A DNA stretch of 63,787 nucleotides, counting the filler, from Octopus bimaculoides (taxonomy: Eukaryota), in assembly GCF_001194135.2 (NCBI RefSeq). It is 4 parts of 2 records of this genome, joined end to end, with 100 filler letters (N's around TTAATTAATTAA, not from the genome) between each part and the next. Parts side by side here need not be neighbours in the genome. Positions count along the whole stretch, not along the records: positions 35,717 to 63,787 come from NC_068982.1; 3 more parts are not named here. One strand, written 5' to 3'. The notes under the pieces are model-generated. The model worked only from the letters and a program-made list of their open reading frames with translations. It ran no database searches and had not been told where the DNA came from. Numbering within the stretch: position 1 is the stretch's first letter; each line of letters starts with the position of its first letter. Made by a program: the position numbers and the translations under genes. Shown here one piece after another: positions 38,584-50,768 of the stretch.

Positions 38584-39509
38584 CATCATCATCATCATCG
38601 TTTAACGTCCGCTTTCCATGCTAGCATGGGTTGGACGATTTGACTGAGGACTGGTGAACCAGATGGCTACACCAGGTTCCAATCTAATTTGGCAGAGTTT
38701 CTACAGCTGGATGCCCTTCCTAACGCCAACCACTCCGAGAGTGTAGTAGGTGCTTAAAGGCCAGTCAGGCGGTACTGGCAATGGCCATGCTCAAACTGGT
38801 GTATTTTACGTGCCACTTGCACAGGAGCCAGTCCAGAGGTACAGGCAACGATCTCGCTCGAATGACTTTTCACATGCCAGGAATGCGAAATTGCGGTACA
38901 AGTGCCAGTAAGGCGATGCTGGTAACGATCATGCTCGAACGGTGGTGCCATCACGATTTCGCTTTNNNNNNNNNNNNNNNNNNNNNNNNNNNNNNNNNNN
39001 NNNNNNNNNNNNNNNNNNNNNNNNNNNNNNNNNNNNNNNNNNNNNNNNNNNNNNNNNNNNNNNNNNNNNNNNNNNNNNNNNNNNNNNNNNNNNNNNNNNN
39101 NNNNNNNNNNNNNNNNNNNNNNNNNNNNNNNNNNNNNNNNNNNNNNNNNNNNNNNNNNNNNNNNNNNNNNNNNNNNNNNNNNNNNNNNNNNNNNNNNNNN
39201 NNNNNNNNNNNNNNNNNNNNNNNNNNNNNNNNNNNNNNNNNNNNNNNNNNNNNNNNNNNNNNNNNNNNNNNNNNNNNNNNNNNNNNNNNNNNNNNNNNNN
39301 NNNNNNNNNNNNNNNNNNNNNNNNNNNNNNNNNNNNNNNNNNNNNNNNNNNNNNNNNNNNNNNNNNNNNNNNNNNNNNNNNNNNNNNNNNNNNNNNNNNN
39401 NNNNNNNNNNNNNNNNNNNCTATCCTCATCCATTCTCACCACTTTTCCATACCAGCGCAATTGTCTCTCTTGCATACCACAACTGATGTTTCTTAGGTTC
39501 AACTTTTCT

Positions 39510-39510
<1 letters not shown>
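38584..39510 (-). mobile_element. Second RTE copy (3' end only)
   Basis: 3' UTR nearly identical to 35813-36300; C-terminal MQERQLRWYGKVVRMDED. Confidence 0.9.
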
Positions 39511-39568
<58 letters not shown>

Positions 39569-39727
39569 ATATATAGATAGATAGATAGATAGATACATTT
39601 TACATGTGCAATTTTTTTCCTCCCTCCACTCTGTGTTAGCATGACTTAGACCAATATATTATTGGGGCATTGTTTTACTGCTGGATGTCTTCCTTCGTGT
39701 TACTAATCTATTTTGTTCTGTGTTTAG

Positions 39728-39815
39728 GTGACTTCCTTAACTGAAGAAAGAGAAAAATTATATTCGGAGCAGCATGAGGCTGAATCTAAAATGCACAGTT
39801 TACGCAGACAATTAG
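39728..39815 (+). CDS. GOLGA2: Golgin GM130 (GOLGA2 ortholog), first visible coding exon (internal; upstream exons not in window)
   Basis: tgtttAG acceptor and G|GTAAAG donor; VTSLTEEREKLYSEQHEAESKMHSLRRQL, coiled-coil-like; phase 0 to 1, joins the next exon in frame. Confidence 0.8.
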
Positions 39816-40289
39816 GTAAAGCTATTTTATTTTTGTATTTTAATTTATTTTATTTTTTAATCAAGAAGGTGCTCATGACTTTTTACAAGGTTTCTGAGGC
39901 TGATGGGAGGGAGAAAGAAAGCTATCCTCAAACCAGAAGTCTGACCCAAATGCTTGTAACAGAGTGGAATCTGCTAAAGGAACTGAAGATGTCAGGTGAC
40001 TGTGTTAAACTGGGCAACAGGTGAAATCTACCATCCAAGTAAGCCATAACTAGATTTGAACTTGGAATACAAAGAACTGAAACAAATACCACAAGGCATC
40101 TTGGTATGATGTTCTTATAGTTCCACTGATCCACCATCTTGTATTGGGACAGTTGTTTTTTTTCTCAACCTCTAAAGACTGTGAGGCAAAGTTGACCTTG
40201 GCAGGATTTGAACTCAGACAGAATGCTTCATGATATTTACTCCAACTCTCTGCATTCTGACTCAGTAATGACTCTGTCAATTCCCTTAA

Positions 40290-40503
40290 CCCTTTAGCAT
40301 TCAGATTATTCTGTGAAATGTAATGCTTATTTATTCACATTGTTTTGAATTATGTGTTATTTTGTAGCTTTAAGATTCCAATGATGTGACTTTATTTTTA
40401 GAATGACACTGTAGGATAGGTGTGAGAGGCTGGACCTGGCTAGTTTGAACATAGAACAGGTAGAATGTTTTGGCCAGATATGGCCAGTTTAAGTGCTAAA
40501 GGA
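40290..40503. mobile_element. piggyBac-type MITE
   Basis: TTAA-CCCTTTAGCATT ... GTGCTAAAGGA-TCAA. Confidence 0.6.
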
Positions 40504-40599
40504 TCAAATCTGTTTTTATTAGAAGTTAATTAGTTATTCATATCTGTATTTCATATTTGTGTCATGGTTTGAAACCTGTTTTTTTTCCCCCCTAATTAG

Positions 40600-40738
40600 A
40601 GGAGGCTGAAAGTCAGAACCAGTGTGTTAGTATATCTTCCTCTGACCTCCAGTCAGAAATCAATAAATTGAGAGCCGATTATGAAGAGCTTACCAAAAGG
40701 CATGAAACCCAAATCCGAGACAATGCACAACTAAGTCG
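40600..40738 (+). CDS. GOLGA2: GM130 exon
   Basis: taattAG / CG|GTAAGT; ...ELTKRHETQIRDNAQLSR resembles vertebrate GM130 QVQDNEGLSRL; phase 1 to 2. Confidence 0.9.
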
Positions 40739-40819
40739 GTAAGTAGAGGGCAACTAGTGATAAACTCTACATTTTTGCTTGCACTTAAATCTGAACATAA
40801 CATTCTTTCTTCCTTTTTA

Positions 40820-41713
40820 CGATGAGGTACCCAAAAGAAACTGGAATTTTGCAATATTATTTTATTCACTTTTATATGTTTACACTTTTATCGCCTTCAA
40901 AGTATTCTCCATTTGAAACAATGCATTGGTCCAGGTGTGTTTTCCACTATTCCAAGCTGTGCTGGAACTCTTGCGAAGTGATACCCTTTAATGCCTTCAT
41001 TGTTTTATTTCTTCACCTCTTCCACATCTGAAAATTCCCTAGCACCAGCTTTCATTACCAGTGATGACCTTTGAAAAGAGGTCTGAATCAACTTCCAACT
41101 GTTCTTTCAATTCACAACACACATTCAGTCGTGACTGCTTTTGATCTTCTGTGAGCAAACGAGGTACAAATTTTGCTGCAACTCTTTTCATTCGCAATTT
41201 CTTGCTCAAAATTCATTGGCTCCAGGACACACCAGTCATATCAACAAGTTCATCAATTGTTCAGTGATGGTCCTCCAAGACCAGTTCATGAATTTTCATG
41301 ACGTTTTCATTCGTTCAGGAGGTTGATGGTCGTCCTGAAGAAGGTTGGTCTTTAAGCGACAAGTGACCATTCCTAATGCATGGAAACCCTTGTAAACTTG
41401 TTTTGCTCATGGCAGCATCTTTATAAGCTGTTTGAAGCATGACAACTGTTTTGGCTGCCGTTTTCGTCAGCAGAAAACTGAATTTCACGGCAGCATGCTG
41501 TTCCTTCATTTCAGCCATTGCAAAAATTGACAAACAGGAGAGAAGCATTGCAGAACAAAGACAAATCATGTGGCAGTAGGAGTACACCTGATGCCGCTGG
41601 TCGGCAGATTGATACCTGAAGGTTGCATCAAGTAGCTTCTAGCAGCAGAAGCCTGAACTACAACAGGCTTGTCTCATAGATAACATTTCCAGTTACTTTT
41701 GGGTACCCCCTCA
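40820..41713 (-). mobile_element. Internally deleted mariner
   Basis: TIRs (c/t)ga.g.ggtacccaaaag.aactggaa with TA flanks; MKEQHAAVKF...DQPSSGRPSTS. Confidence 0.9.
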
Positions 41714-42747
41714 TAACGTCTATTTAATTATCAAACTGTGAACAAGAGCTGCAACTGGCTGAGTTCTTCTTTAGTCTCAGGTCAGACCTCACCCAGCACA
41801 TCTTTCATCAAAGACATTCCCTCTCTTTTAGGGATAATATATTGATAACATTATTTAATATAACCTTTATTTTTTTAAATGATAGGGGTTGATTTTAGCA
41901 CACTTTGGTTATTTCTAGCAGGTGGAATGACTATATGCTCCCATTCTGGTTTTTGCTGCTTGAGCTGTTATAATCAGCCAATTGATCATATGATGTGACT
42001 AGCATTGTATTGTGTCCAAGACAAAATATATAACTAACCATAATCTTGTCTACTTAGCTGTAAATACATACCATATTGAAATAGCTCATGTAATATTGTA
42101 TAACGAAAACAAATGTTGTTTTAGTTTGTGTTCAAATCCTTTCATATGTGAAAACCTGTGATAGACGAATGGATTGTATTTTGTCACCAGCAACTGTCTT
42201 TCAATGTGAAAACTTACATATGCTTCATCACTCACAGGGTATCTTTTAGATGTAAACAGGAAACCTGTGCAAATTTGGTTTCGTAAATAATGTCACCCCA
42301 ACAAATACTGCTTCATCCCTAATTCACCAGTCCTCTAGATTTTTACTAATTTTTATAATGAGTTTATTGTATATAGTGGTCAGGTGCAATACAACTTATC
42401 CGAAAAGAGTAAAAGAGGCGACAGAAAATAGCAGTGTGTCAAGTAAAGAAAGATGGTAATAATAGCCCAAGTACCTGTACATTAGACAGGTAAAATGCAA
42501 GAAAGCACAAAAGTGAACTGTAAAAGAGCCATAAAAGGGAAAGTATGTCTAGGCACATCAGGATTTTTATGAAGCATAGAAGTTTTAAGTAATAGTGTCC
42601 TTCAACCATCACAATTTATTACATGCTTTGACGATTTTGAGAGTGAAGAAAGGAGTGAGTTAAATAGCTAATAGTACTATGGTTTATTTTGTTTGTCTTG
42701 AATTATTGATGTTTTGTTATATTTTGTATTTGATTTATTGTTTTTAG

Positions 42748-42940
42748 GTTTCTTGAGGAAAAGGAAAACAAAATCATGGATTTGGAGACTACTGTTGGTG
42801 ATCTTAAAGAAGAATCGAGTAATAAAGCCCAACTGTTAGAAAATATTCAGAGTGATAAGGCTGCCCTTAGTCGAGCCTTAACACAAAACAAAGACCTTAA
42901 ACAACAGTTGGCAGAACTTCAGAATGGATTTGTGAAAATG
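42748..42940 (+). CDS. GOLGA2: GM130 exon
   Basis: tttttAG / ATG|GTTAGT; LLENIQSDKAALSRALTQNKDLKQQLAELQNGFVKM matches the conserved GM130 block [26 protein letters not shown]; phase 2 to 0. Confidence 0.95.
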
Positions 42941-43834
42941 GTTAGTTTTGATTTTTCTTTCTTTTAATTTTTCCATTTTACATTCATTGTATCTTGTATT
43001 TCTTAACGCTTTTAAATTAAGATGTTTAATCTGTTTTTAGGATTAAGATTTTATGTAACAAATAAGCTTTGTTAAAGAATTGTAATTATTGTTAAGTCTG
43101 TTGCAAAATAATTTTGTTAAAGAATTAAGTTAGCTCATCTGAAACTAAAAAAAATAAAGAGAAAAACCAAGCTTAAAAGTGAGCAGTAAATAAAATGAAA
43201 AAGCCCATTAAATATGAGATGAGTAAGAACAAGTTGAAAATGTATGTAAAATAGCCACCTTGTCTTCAGTATAAGACTTTCTTTTGGAGAAGAAAAAAAT
43301 TATATGAGCTTCATATTTTTTGATTATATGACCATCTTACAAAGAGAGGTGAAAGAGAATCAAGTTGCTGCTGACATAATTATTAATTTGACAATATGTA
43401 ATTTAATATCTTCAAAAAAAAAAAATAATAATAATAAATAAATAAGAAAGGAAATCATAGTTATATCAAGTCAGTATCTAACTAAATTAACAAAACCAGG
43501 GTCCAAGGGTAATATTCTCAGTTGGCATCAGCTAATTAATTTAAGAACATGTGAATACATTTGTATGCCAAGGGAGAGATATTTCAGATAGTCTTTCTTC
43601 AGAAGAAACATTAGAACTCTCCATGACATACAAATTTATGAAATGTATTATTGATTAGATTATACATGTGAAGAATAATAAAAGAGGATGATTTTAGAAA
43701 TATTTTTCTCAGAAAAACTGTTTCCTACAAAGAATATTTGCTGTTCTTTTTATATTTTGGATTCATGTTTTGTTAAATCGGATAAGGTGTCAGATACTTG
43801 GAACTACTATTATTGAATTTGTTTCTTTCTACAG

Positions 43835-43948
43835 AGTAATGACAGTATGGAACTAATGACCAAATTACAATCTGAAGAACACAGAGCTCATGAATTAGCT
43901 GATCGATTGGCACAACAAGAGGACGAACTGAAGGATATGAGAGAATTG
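43835..43948 (+). CDS. GOLGA2: GM130 exon
   Basis: ctacAG / TTG|GTTAGT; SNDSMELMTKLQSEEHRAHEL resembles TNENMEITSALQSEQHVKREL; phase 0 to 0. Confidence 0.95.
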
Positions 43949-44063
43949 GTTAGTTGTTTCTTCCTTAACTGTTTTGGGGATTTATTGTTAGTGGCAACTG
44001 TTACTGGCGAGGAAAGGTGGGGGGGAGGGTTATTTCTCTTACTCTCCCTTGTTTCCTCATCAA

Positions 44064-45277
44064 TGAGGGTCAACTGAAAGTCCATAGGCTAGTTAAGATA
44101 TTCATGGAATGTAACCAAATGAGGTTTATTTTTCAACATAGTCCCCCTTGCAGTCCACACACTTCTTTCATCTGTGTTGCAGTGCTTGGATCCCATTCGT
44201 GGAGAAGCTTTCATCTTGTTGGTAAAAAAAGTCAACAGTAGATATGATATCGTCATCACTGTTATACTGGTTCCTAGTCAAGTGTTTTTTCATGTTGGAC
44301 AACAGACAATGGTCAGATGGGGAAGAATGGGGAGGGTGGTCAATCAGTTCAAAGCCACAGTCATGTACAACAGCCATTGAAACCAAGGACTTGTGTGTTG
44401 GAGCAATTTCCTGATGAAACAAAACCCCGTTTCCCAGCTTTTCTGGGTGTTTGGTCTTGGTTGCCTTTTGTAACTGTCTTAGCAAGCTGGTATACATTGC
44501 CTTTTGCATCCAAAAAAAACGAGACCATCACCTACCCTGCAGATGAAACAACTTTGGCCTTCTTTGGAGCAGATGAGGAGGGCTGTTTCCACTTCATGTT
44601 TCTAGTTCAAAGTGATAAAGCTAACACTCATCCTGGGTTGGGAAATGTTCAAGGAAACCAGTTGGATCTACTTGAAACAATGTCAGATTTTCCTGTGATG
44701 TGATTAGCTTGGTACACTTTTGAACAAGTGTCAGAAGATGTGGCACCCACTGAACAAAAACTTACATCATGCCAAGTTCATTTTACAAAATATTCTCAAC
44801 TATCTTACAGGATATGCTAACAGCATTGGTTATTTGATTTATAGTCAATTGCCTGTCATCCATCACCATATGGTGAACACGATCATGTTTTTCTTGATGG
44901 TGGCAGTTGCAGGATGTCCAGATCATGGGTTATTTTCAAGACTCTTCCTTTCCCTTTTAAATTCAGCTACCCACTTTTGCACTGTTGATAAAGTTGGAGT
45001 GTCATCCCCTAGTGTAGCAATCATATCAGCATGAATGTCCTTGTGGGGGCTAAACCCTTTTTCTACTAGTACTTGATAACAACATGATATCAAAGTTTGT
45101 CCATTTTGAAGAGAAGTCACTACTAGTTACTTTCGATATCTTTTTGAAAAGTCAGATCTCAGTTTACCTGGAAAGAAACAATGTAGTTATTAAGATATGA
45201 AATTAATGCATGCAAGATTTCACATCTTTAGCATCACTCTTTCATAGTCAGCCCATGAACTTTTTAGCTCACCCTTG
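44064..45277 (-). mobile_element. Decayed mariner
   Basis: Degenerate TIRs; WVAEFKRERKSLE, GVLFHQEIAPTH, HPPHSSPSD. Confidence 0.9.
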
Positions 45278-46257
45278 TAGAATAATTGTACACTCTCTTT
45301 TCTATTTTCCTTCAGTTATAGTGACCACTTTAGACTTATAGCCTTGCAAGTTATAAAGCAATCTTTACTAGTGCCATGAAAAAAAAGCACCTAGTACACT
45401 CTGTAAAGTGGTTGGTGTTAGAGTATCCAACTGTAGAAACCATACCAAAGTAGACGTTAATGCAAGATGCAGTCCTCTGTCAAACCAGCCAACCCATGGA
45501 AGCTGGACTTAAAATGAAGATGCTGATGGAGAAAGGCTTGATCGTCATATAAGTTCCTCTAAATTATAAATATATGACCATGTGTTTGCTCAAAAGAATC
45601 AATGTTTACCTTTCTTAAATTGTGAAGGAGTCAGATGGTCTTATAGAAATAGTTCTCACCAAACAGAGAGAAAGTTATATCTCATTTTGTTAAAAACTAT
45701 TCAAGGGGATCTAAGCACTGAACATCATAGTTCTTAAGAGACATTTATATTCATCTGTTTGTGTATTTCTAGGAACTGCTGGATGTTTCATCATTGTATG
45801 TCTTCTTTCCATAGGTTGAGTAGATTGTTACAGTCCAAGTCATTTTTTGTAAGAGTGTTGCTCTCATTGGTGTTTGTACATATCATTTGGCTTGGTATCT
45901 ACACCCAGATGCCCTTCTTTTACCAACCACTTTACAAAATGTACTGGATGTATTTTTTCCATGGTACCAACACTAGAAAGGGCTGAATAGTTCTCAGCAA
46001 GACAAAACTAAAGGCACCTCACATCTTTATGCTTCCTCTGCTCATTTCTCACCTACTTTACAGTGTATGTTGGCTATATTTTTTTCATAGCACCAGCACT
46101 GGAGAAGTTGTCTTGCTCATCAATCTTTTAAATAGGTTTTCTTTTACTTCTGATTAATTTTGCTTATGATTTTAAATCTCAAGGGTTTGCTTTCATTTAC
46201 TCTTAGCCTGACACAATTATGAAAATTGTGTACATAAGCTGATTTCTTTAAAATATA

Positions 46258-47575
46258 CAGGGGTTGGACAAAATAATGGAAACCCCTTAAAATTTCAAAC
46301 AAATGTATTTTAATATGGGGTAGGACCACCTTTGGCAGTAGTCACAGCTTGAATTCTATGAGGTATGGACTCATACAAAGTTTGAATTGTTTTCAAACGA
46401 ATTTCTGTCCATTCTTCAGCTAAAACAGTCTCCAGTTCTTATAGTGATGATGGTGAAGGATATCAACTCCTTACTTGTTTTTCTAAAATGCACCATAAAT
46501 GTTCAATAATATTGAGATCTGGGGACTGTGGTGGCCTGATATGTTCAACTTCACTAGAATATTTCTTGTGCCATTCAACAACTTTCCCTGTGTGAATTGG
46601 TGCATTATCATCCTGAAAGATTGCATTTCCCTCCAGAAACAGTTCTGCAACCATAGGATGAATTTGATCAGATGAAATGCATGAATAGTCTTGACCATTA
46701 ATTCTGGCATATAAAAAGCACTCACTACATTCTCGGAGTGGTTGGCGTTAGGAAGGGCATCCAGCTGTAGAAACTCTGCCAAATCAGATTGGAGTCTGGT
46801 GTAGCCATCCGCTTCACCAGTCCTCAGTCAAATCGTCCAACCCATGCTAGCATGGAAAGTGGACGTTAAATGATGATGATGAATTCTATTAATACTCGGC
46901 CAGTGGTCGGAAATAAGGTAAAGGATGACTCGTCCAAGAAAATAACATTCTTCCACTGCTCTAGGGATCAATTCTGTAGGTTTTTACTCCACTGTAAACG
47001 CTTTGCAACGTTTGTGTTTGAAAGTAGTGGTTTTCTGATTGCAGCCCTCCTGTGAAATCTGGCTTTGTGCAGCTCCCAGCAAACAGTTTTTGTGGAAACT
47101 GGCTTTCCGAGGTGGTCATTATGCTCTGCAGTAATTTTGGGAGCTGTACTTTTGTGATCCTTTCTAACAATTCACGTAAGAGTCCGACAGTCCCTATCTG
47201 AAAGTTTTGGTTTTCTTCCGGAGTTTTGTTTCAACGAGGAGGTTTTTCCCTCTTTCTCAAAGGCTGTCTTTACTTTTGAAACAATACTTCTTGATACACC
47301 AAACATTTCGGCTGTTTTCATTATGCTAGCACCTGCCATATGAGCACCAACAATTTGACCTCTTTGAAAGTCCAATAGATCTGTCATTTTAATGAATTTT
47401 AATTACCTTTTTCTGATGATATCCGAAAAGAAACAGCAATTTTAGCAAACATATTGAGCAACATTAATAATAAATCAAAAAACTTAAAAATAAACAAGCT
47501 TTTGACGGTTTTATAGATATTTCAAAATTATCATGCTATGATGATAGGTGTTTCCATTATTTTGTCCAACCCCTG
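46258..47575 (-). mobile_element. Tc1-like transposon with nested RTE fragment
   Basis: 30-bp TIRs caggggttggacaaaataatggaaac(c/a)cct, TA TSD; MTDLLDFQRGQIVGA, FQDDNAPIHT, PQSPDLNIIEHLW. Confidence 0.95.
46706..46881 (+). mobile_element. Short RTE 3' end inserted into a Tc1 element
   Basis: Reverse complement of the RTE 3' terminus at 35813; (GAT)n tail; AATTCT on both sides (46700-46705, 46882-46887). Confidence 0.9.
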
Positions 47576-47828
47576 TATTTTGTGCAGTGAAATCTTAGCA
47601 TTAGCACTGCACCACTTGTCTGATAAAACAATTTTCTCTCTCTCACATACAAACACAAAGGAAACTAAATTGTTTTATCTATTCAAGTATGAGTTGTAGT
47701 TGATGATAATGTTTGATGGTTTGCTTTCCCTGTTTGTTCAAAGAATGCATGCTAATAACGTATATTATGTTTTTATAAACATCTTTATAAAAACAAAAGC
47801 TAAGATACATGTATTTCTTTATTGTTAG

Positions 47829-47987
47829 CTTGCTTCACGGGATCTAAAACTGGATGAGATCCAAAAGTGTGCTGACAATTTGCAGAGAGAGACTTATCAG
47901 CAGGAGCAAATCCAGGACCGACTGCGCCATTATGAAGCCCAAGCACAGTTAGTAGAAACACTGCAGAGAGAACTGTCTGCCTCCCAG
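47829..47987 (+). CDS. GOLGA2: GM130 exon
   Basis: tgttAG / CAG|GTTTAT; 53 open codons LASRDLKLDEIQK...QDRLRHYEAQAQLVETLQRELSASQ; phase 0 to 0. Confidence 0.9.
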
Positions 47988-48187
47988 GTTTATAAATTTT
48001 TTATTTTTTTGTTTTAAATTTCAGTATAATTACTCTGGCAGAGTAAGAAAATGTAATTTCAATTACATTAATGGACCTAGTAACATTGGTTTCAAACATT
48101 TTCATTACTTTGATGGATTTTGAAATGTTAATGTGATATCTTTATCTAAGCAGTTGAATGCTCATTTATTTATTTATTTATTTCTAG

Positions 48188-48301
48188 GATATGATGAATG
48201 CTCTTACAACACAGAATTCTGAGTTGAGGAATATGCTTGTAAAGTCACGTGATAACAAAGATATTTATGATGATTCAAAGGATGAGAAGAGTGACACTAT
48301 T
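48188..48301 (+). CDS. GOLGA2: GM130 exon
   Basis: ttctAG / ATT|GTTAGT; DMMNALTTQNSELRNML...SDTI; phase 0 to 0 required by the next exon. Confidence 0.85.
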
Positions 48302-48859
48302 GTTAGTAAATTTTACTTCAAGCTTTGATTTCTACTTTCATTATCTGTTGTAATTAATTGTTTCTTGCAATATAAAGTATAATGACTGGGTGTTTGTGTT
48401 TAATTACTGACCATGTAAGATTTCACCTTATGACAATCATTGCATTGTATCTCTGAACAAAGTATCTGTAATTATTCCAGATGGTATCAAAACAAGTTGC
48501 ACTTCCTATTTTATGGTTCAGTAATTAGTTGTGAGAAAGGGCATCCTGCTGTTAAAACAATTGTTCAAATAAATAAACCCTCCCAAATTTGTGTCTCCCA
48601 TAACAATTTATCTTGAGTTTTATAACAATGCATATAGTTATTTAAGATTGGAGTGTATATTGTTACTTTCCCATTTCTTTGAAATGTCTTTGATGAGAAT
48701 GACAAATCAACCAGAACTCAGTACCTTCTTTGGCCACCGCTTGTCATTCATGTTCTGTAGATGATTAAACAGTAGTTTTCTCAATGTAACAGCTCCTTAG
48801 AGGTCCTTCTCATGGCCATTGAACATCAGTGTGGTCACTCATCCTGTTAGAAACTTTAA

Positions 48860-49899
48860 CCCTTTCGTTACTATATTTCTGACCAAATAATGAGTTTCAA
48901 TTAAATTCTAAAATAATCATGAATTTAGACTAGTCTCATTAAACACCTGTAACTTTTTTATTTATCAACATATTAATGTGATATTTGAAACATAATTAAG
49001 AAAGGGTTCTTAATCAATTCTATTGCATAATTTTTGTCTGAAAGTTCTCCACGTACTGGGGTACTGCTAGTGTCTCTCACATGTAAATATTGGTTCAGCT
49101 TCACGAATCGTACTCGTTCATAATACTGGAAATATATTCATCGCCAAAAGGTTCCTGATCGCTCCAGTAATTTGTTATTCTGGGTAACTAATACCCATAA
49201 TAATATTTATGGCAAAAAATGCCCGTATTTCATCTACAGTTGCAGGAAACCACAAGCTATCTCTTTTTTCCGGTTTGTTTACATTCTGNNNNNNNNNNNN
49301 NNNNNNNNNNNNNNNNNNNNNNNNNNNNNNNNNNNNNNNNNNNNNNNNNNNNNNNNNNNNNNNNNNNNNNNNNNNNNNNNNNNNNNNNNNNNNNNNNNNN
49401 NNNNNNNNNNNNNNNNNNNNNNNNNNNNNNNNNNNNNNNNNNNNNNNNNNNNNNNNNNNNNNNNNNNNNNNNNNNNNNNNNNNNNNNNNNNNNNNNNNNN
49501 NNNNNNNNNNNNNNNNNNNNNNNNNNNNNNNNNNNNNNNNNNNNNNNNNNNNNNNNNNNNNNNNNNNNNNNNNNNNNNNNNNNNNNNNNNNNNNNNNNNN
49601 NNNNNNNNNNNNNNNNNNNNNNNNNNNNNNNNNNNNNNNNNNNNNNNNNNNNNNNNNNNNNNNNNNNNNNNNNNNNNNNNNNNNNNNNNNNNNNNNNNNN
49701 NNNNNNNNNNNNNNNNNNNNNNNNNNNNNNNNNNNNNNNNNNNNNNNNNNNNNNNNNNNNNNNNNNNNNNNNNNNNNNNNNNNNNNNNNNNNNNNNNNNN
49801 NNNNNNNNNNNNNNNNNNNNNNNNNNNNNNNNNNNNNNNNNNNNNNNNNNNNNNNNNNNNNNNNNNNNNNNNNNNNNNNNNGGATTAATAACAAAAGGG
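48860..49899 (-). mobile_element. piggyBac deletion derivative spanning an N gap
   Basis: TTAA TSDs (48856-48859, 49900-49903); TIRs cccttt(c/t)gtta(c/t)ta; WFPATVDEIRAFFAINIIMG and YWSDQ...RFVKLNQYLHVRD of PGBD-type transposase. Confidence 0.85.
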
Positions 49900-50061
49900 T
49901 TAATGTTAAATATTTCACATTCCAAATCAAAGGAACGTTGACAGAGAATAGAATTTGTTTGTGGCAGATGTGCAAGAATGATAAATTATAAGAGCACATG
50001 GGAGATAGATGCATGGATAAAGATAAGGTTTCAAATGTACCTTTAAAATGATAAAAGCAAT

Positions 50062-50200
50062 TTTTGAAATTTTTCGAATGAACCCTTGCTCCATATGCCT
50101 GTCATAGGCCTGATGGAATAGTCACTGATAGAACACTTTGATCTTAGGTTCAAGAAATCAAAGCTGATCTGGATATAAAGAGCAAACATCACTATTACCA
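50062..50200 (+). repeat. 139-bp direct repeat, copy 1
   Basis: Identical by eye to 52711-52849. Confidence 0.9.
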
Positions 50201-50490
50201 ACTCTTTGGTATCAAGCAGACCAACTTAGATGGATTTGCTCTGAAGAATGTTCAATCAGAAAATTCTAGCATAAGAAGTTAATTGTGACATTTTATTTGG
50301 AGGGAGGTGGTTTAAATCATTGGTTTCATTTCCATTGAACATTATACATAAAACCATTGTAGACAAGCTTTCTGTATTATTAAAGTACTTTTTACCTTAT
50401 GGTAAATATTCTGATATTCATAGTATTGAATATAGTTTCATCTGTGTATGTGTTTTATAGGAATTTACTTTTCTATTCTTTGTCTTTCAG

Positions 50491-50629
50491 ATTGGGTCTT
50501 TACAAGCTACTATTTGTCAACTGGAAGCTGAACGCAACCAGTTAATTGAAAATTTGAATGAACAGCGAAATCTGTCTGATAATTTGAGTGTGAAAGTTGC
50601 TGATGTAGAAGAACAATTAAAAATGACCA
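50491..50629 (+). CDS. GOLGA2: GM130 exon
   Basis: tctttcAG / A|GTAAGT; IGSLQATICQLEAERNQLIENLNEQ...EEQLKMT; phase 0 to 1. Confidence 0.9.
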
Positions 50630-50768
50630 GTAAGTAGTGATTTATTTGATAATAATTTTATGCCTTTATTTATTATTTTTACTTTACTTCAGAAATTGAT
50701 TATTATACATTTGAATGTTTACTGCATGTATTGTTAGTTGTATTACTGCTGTTTCTACCATAAGATAA

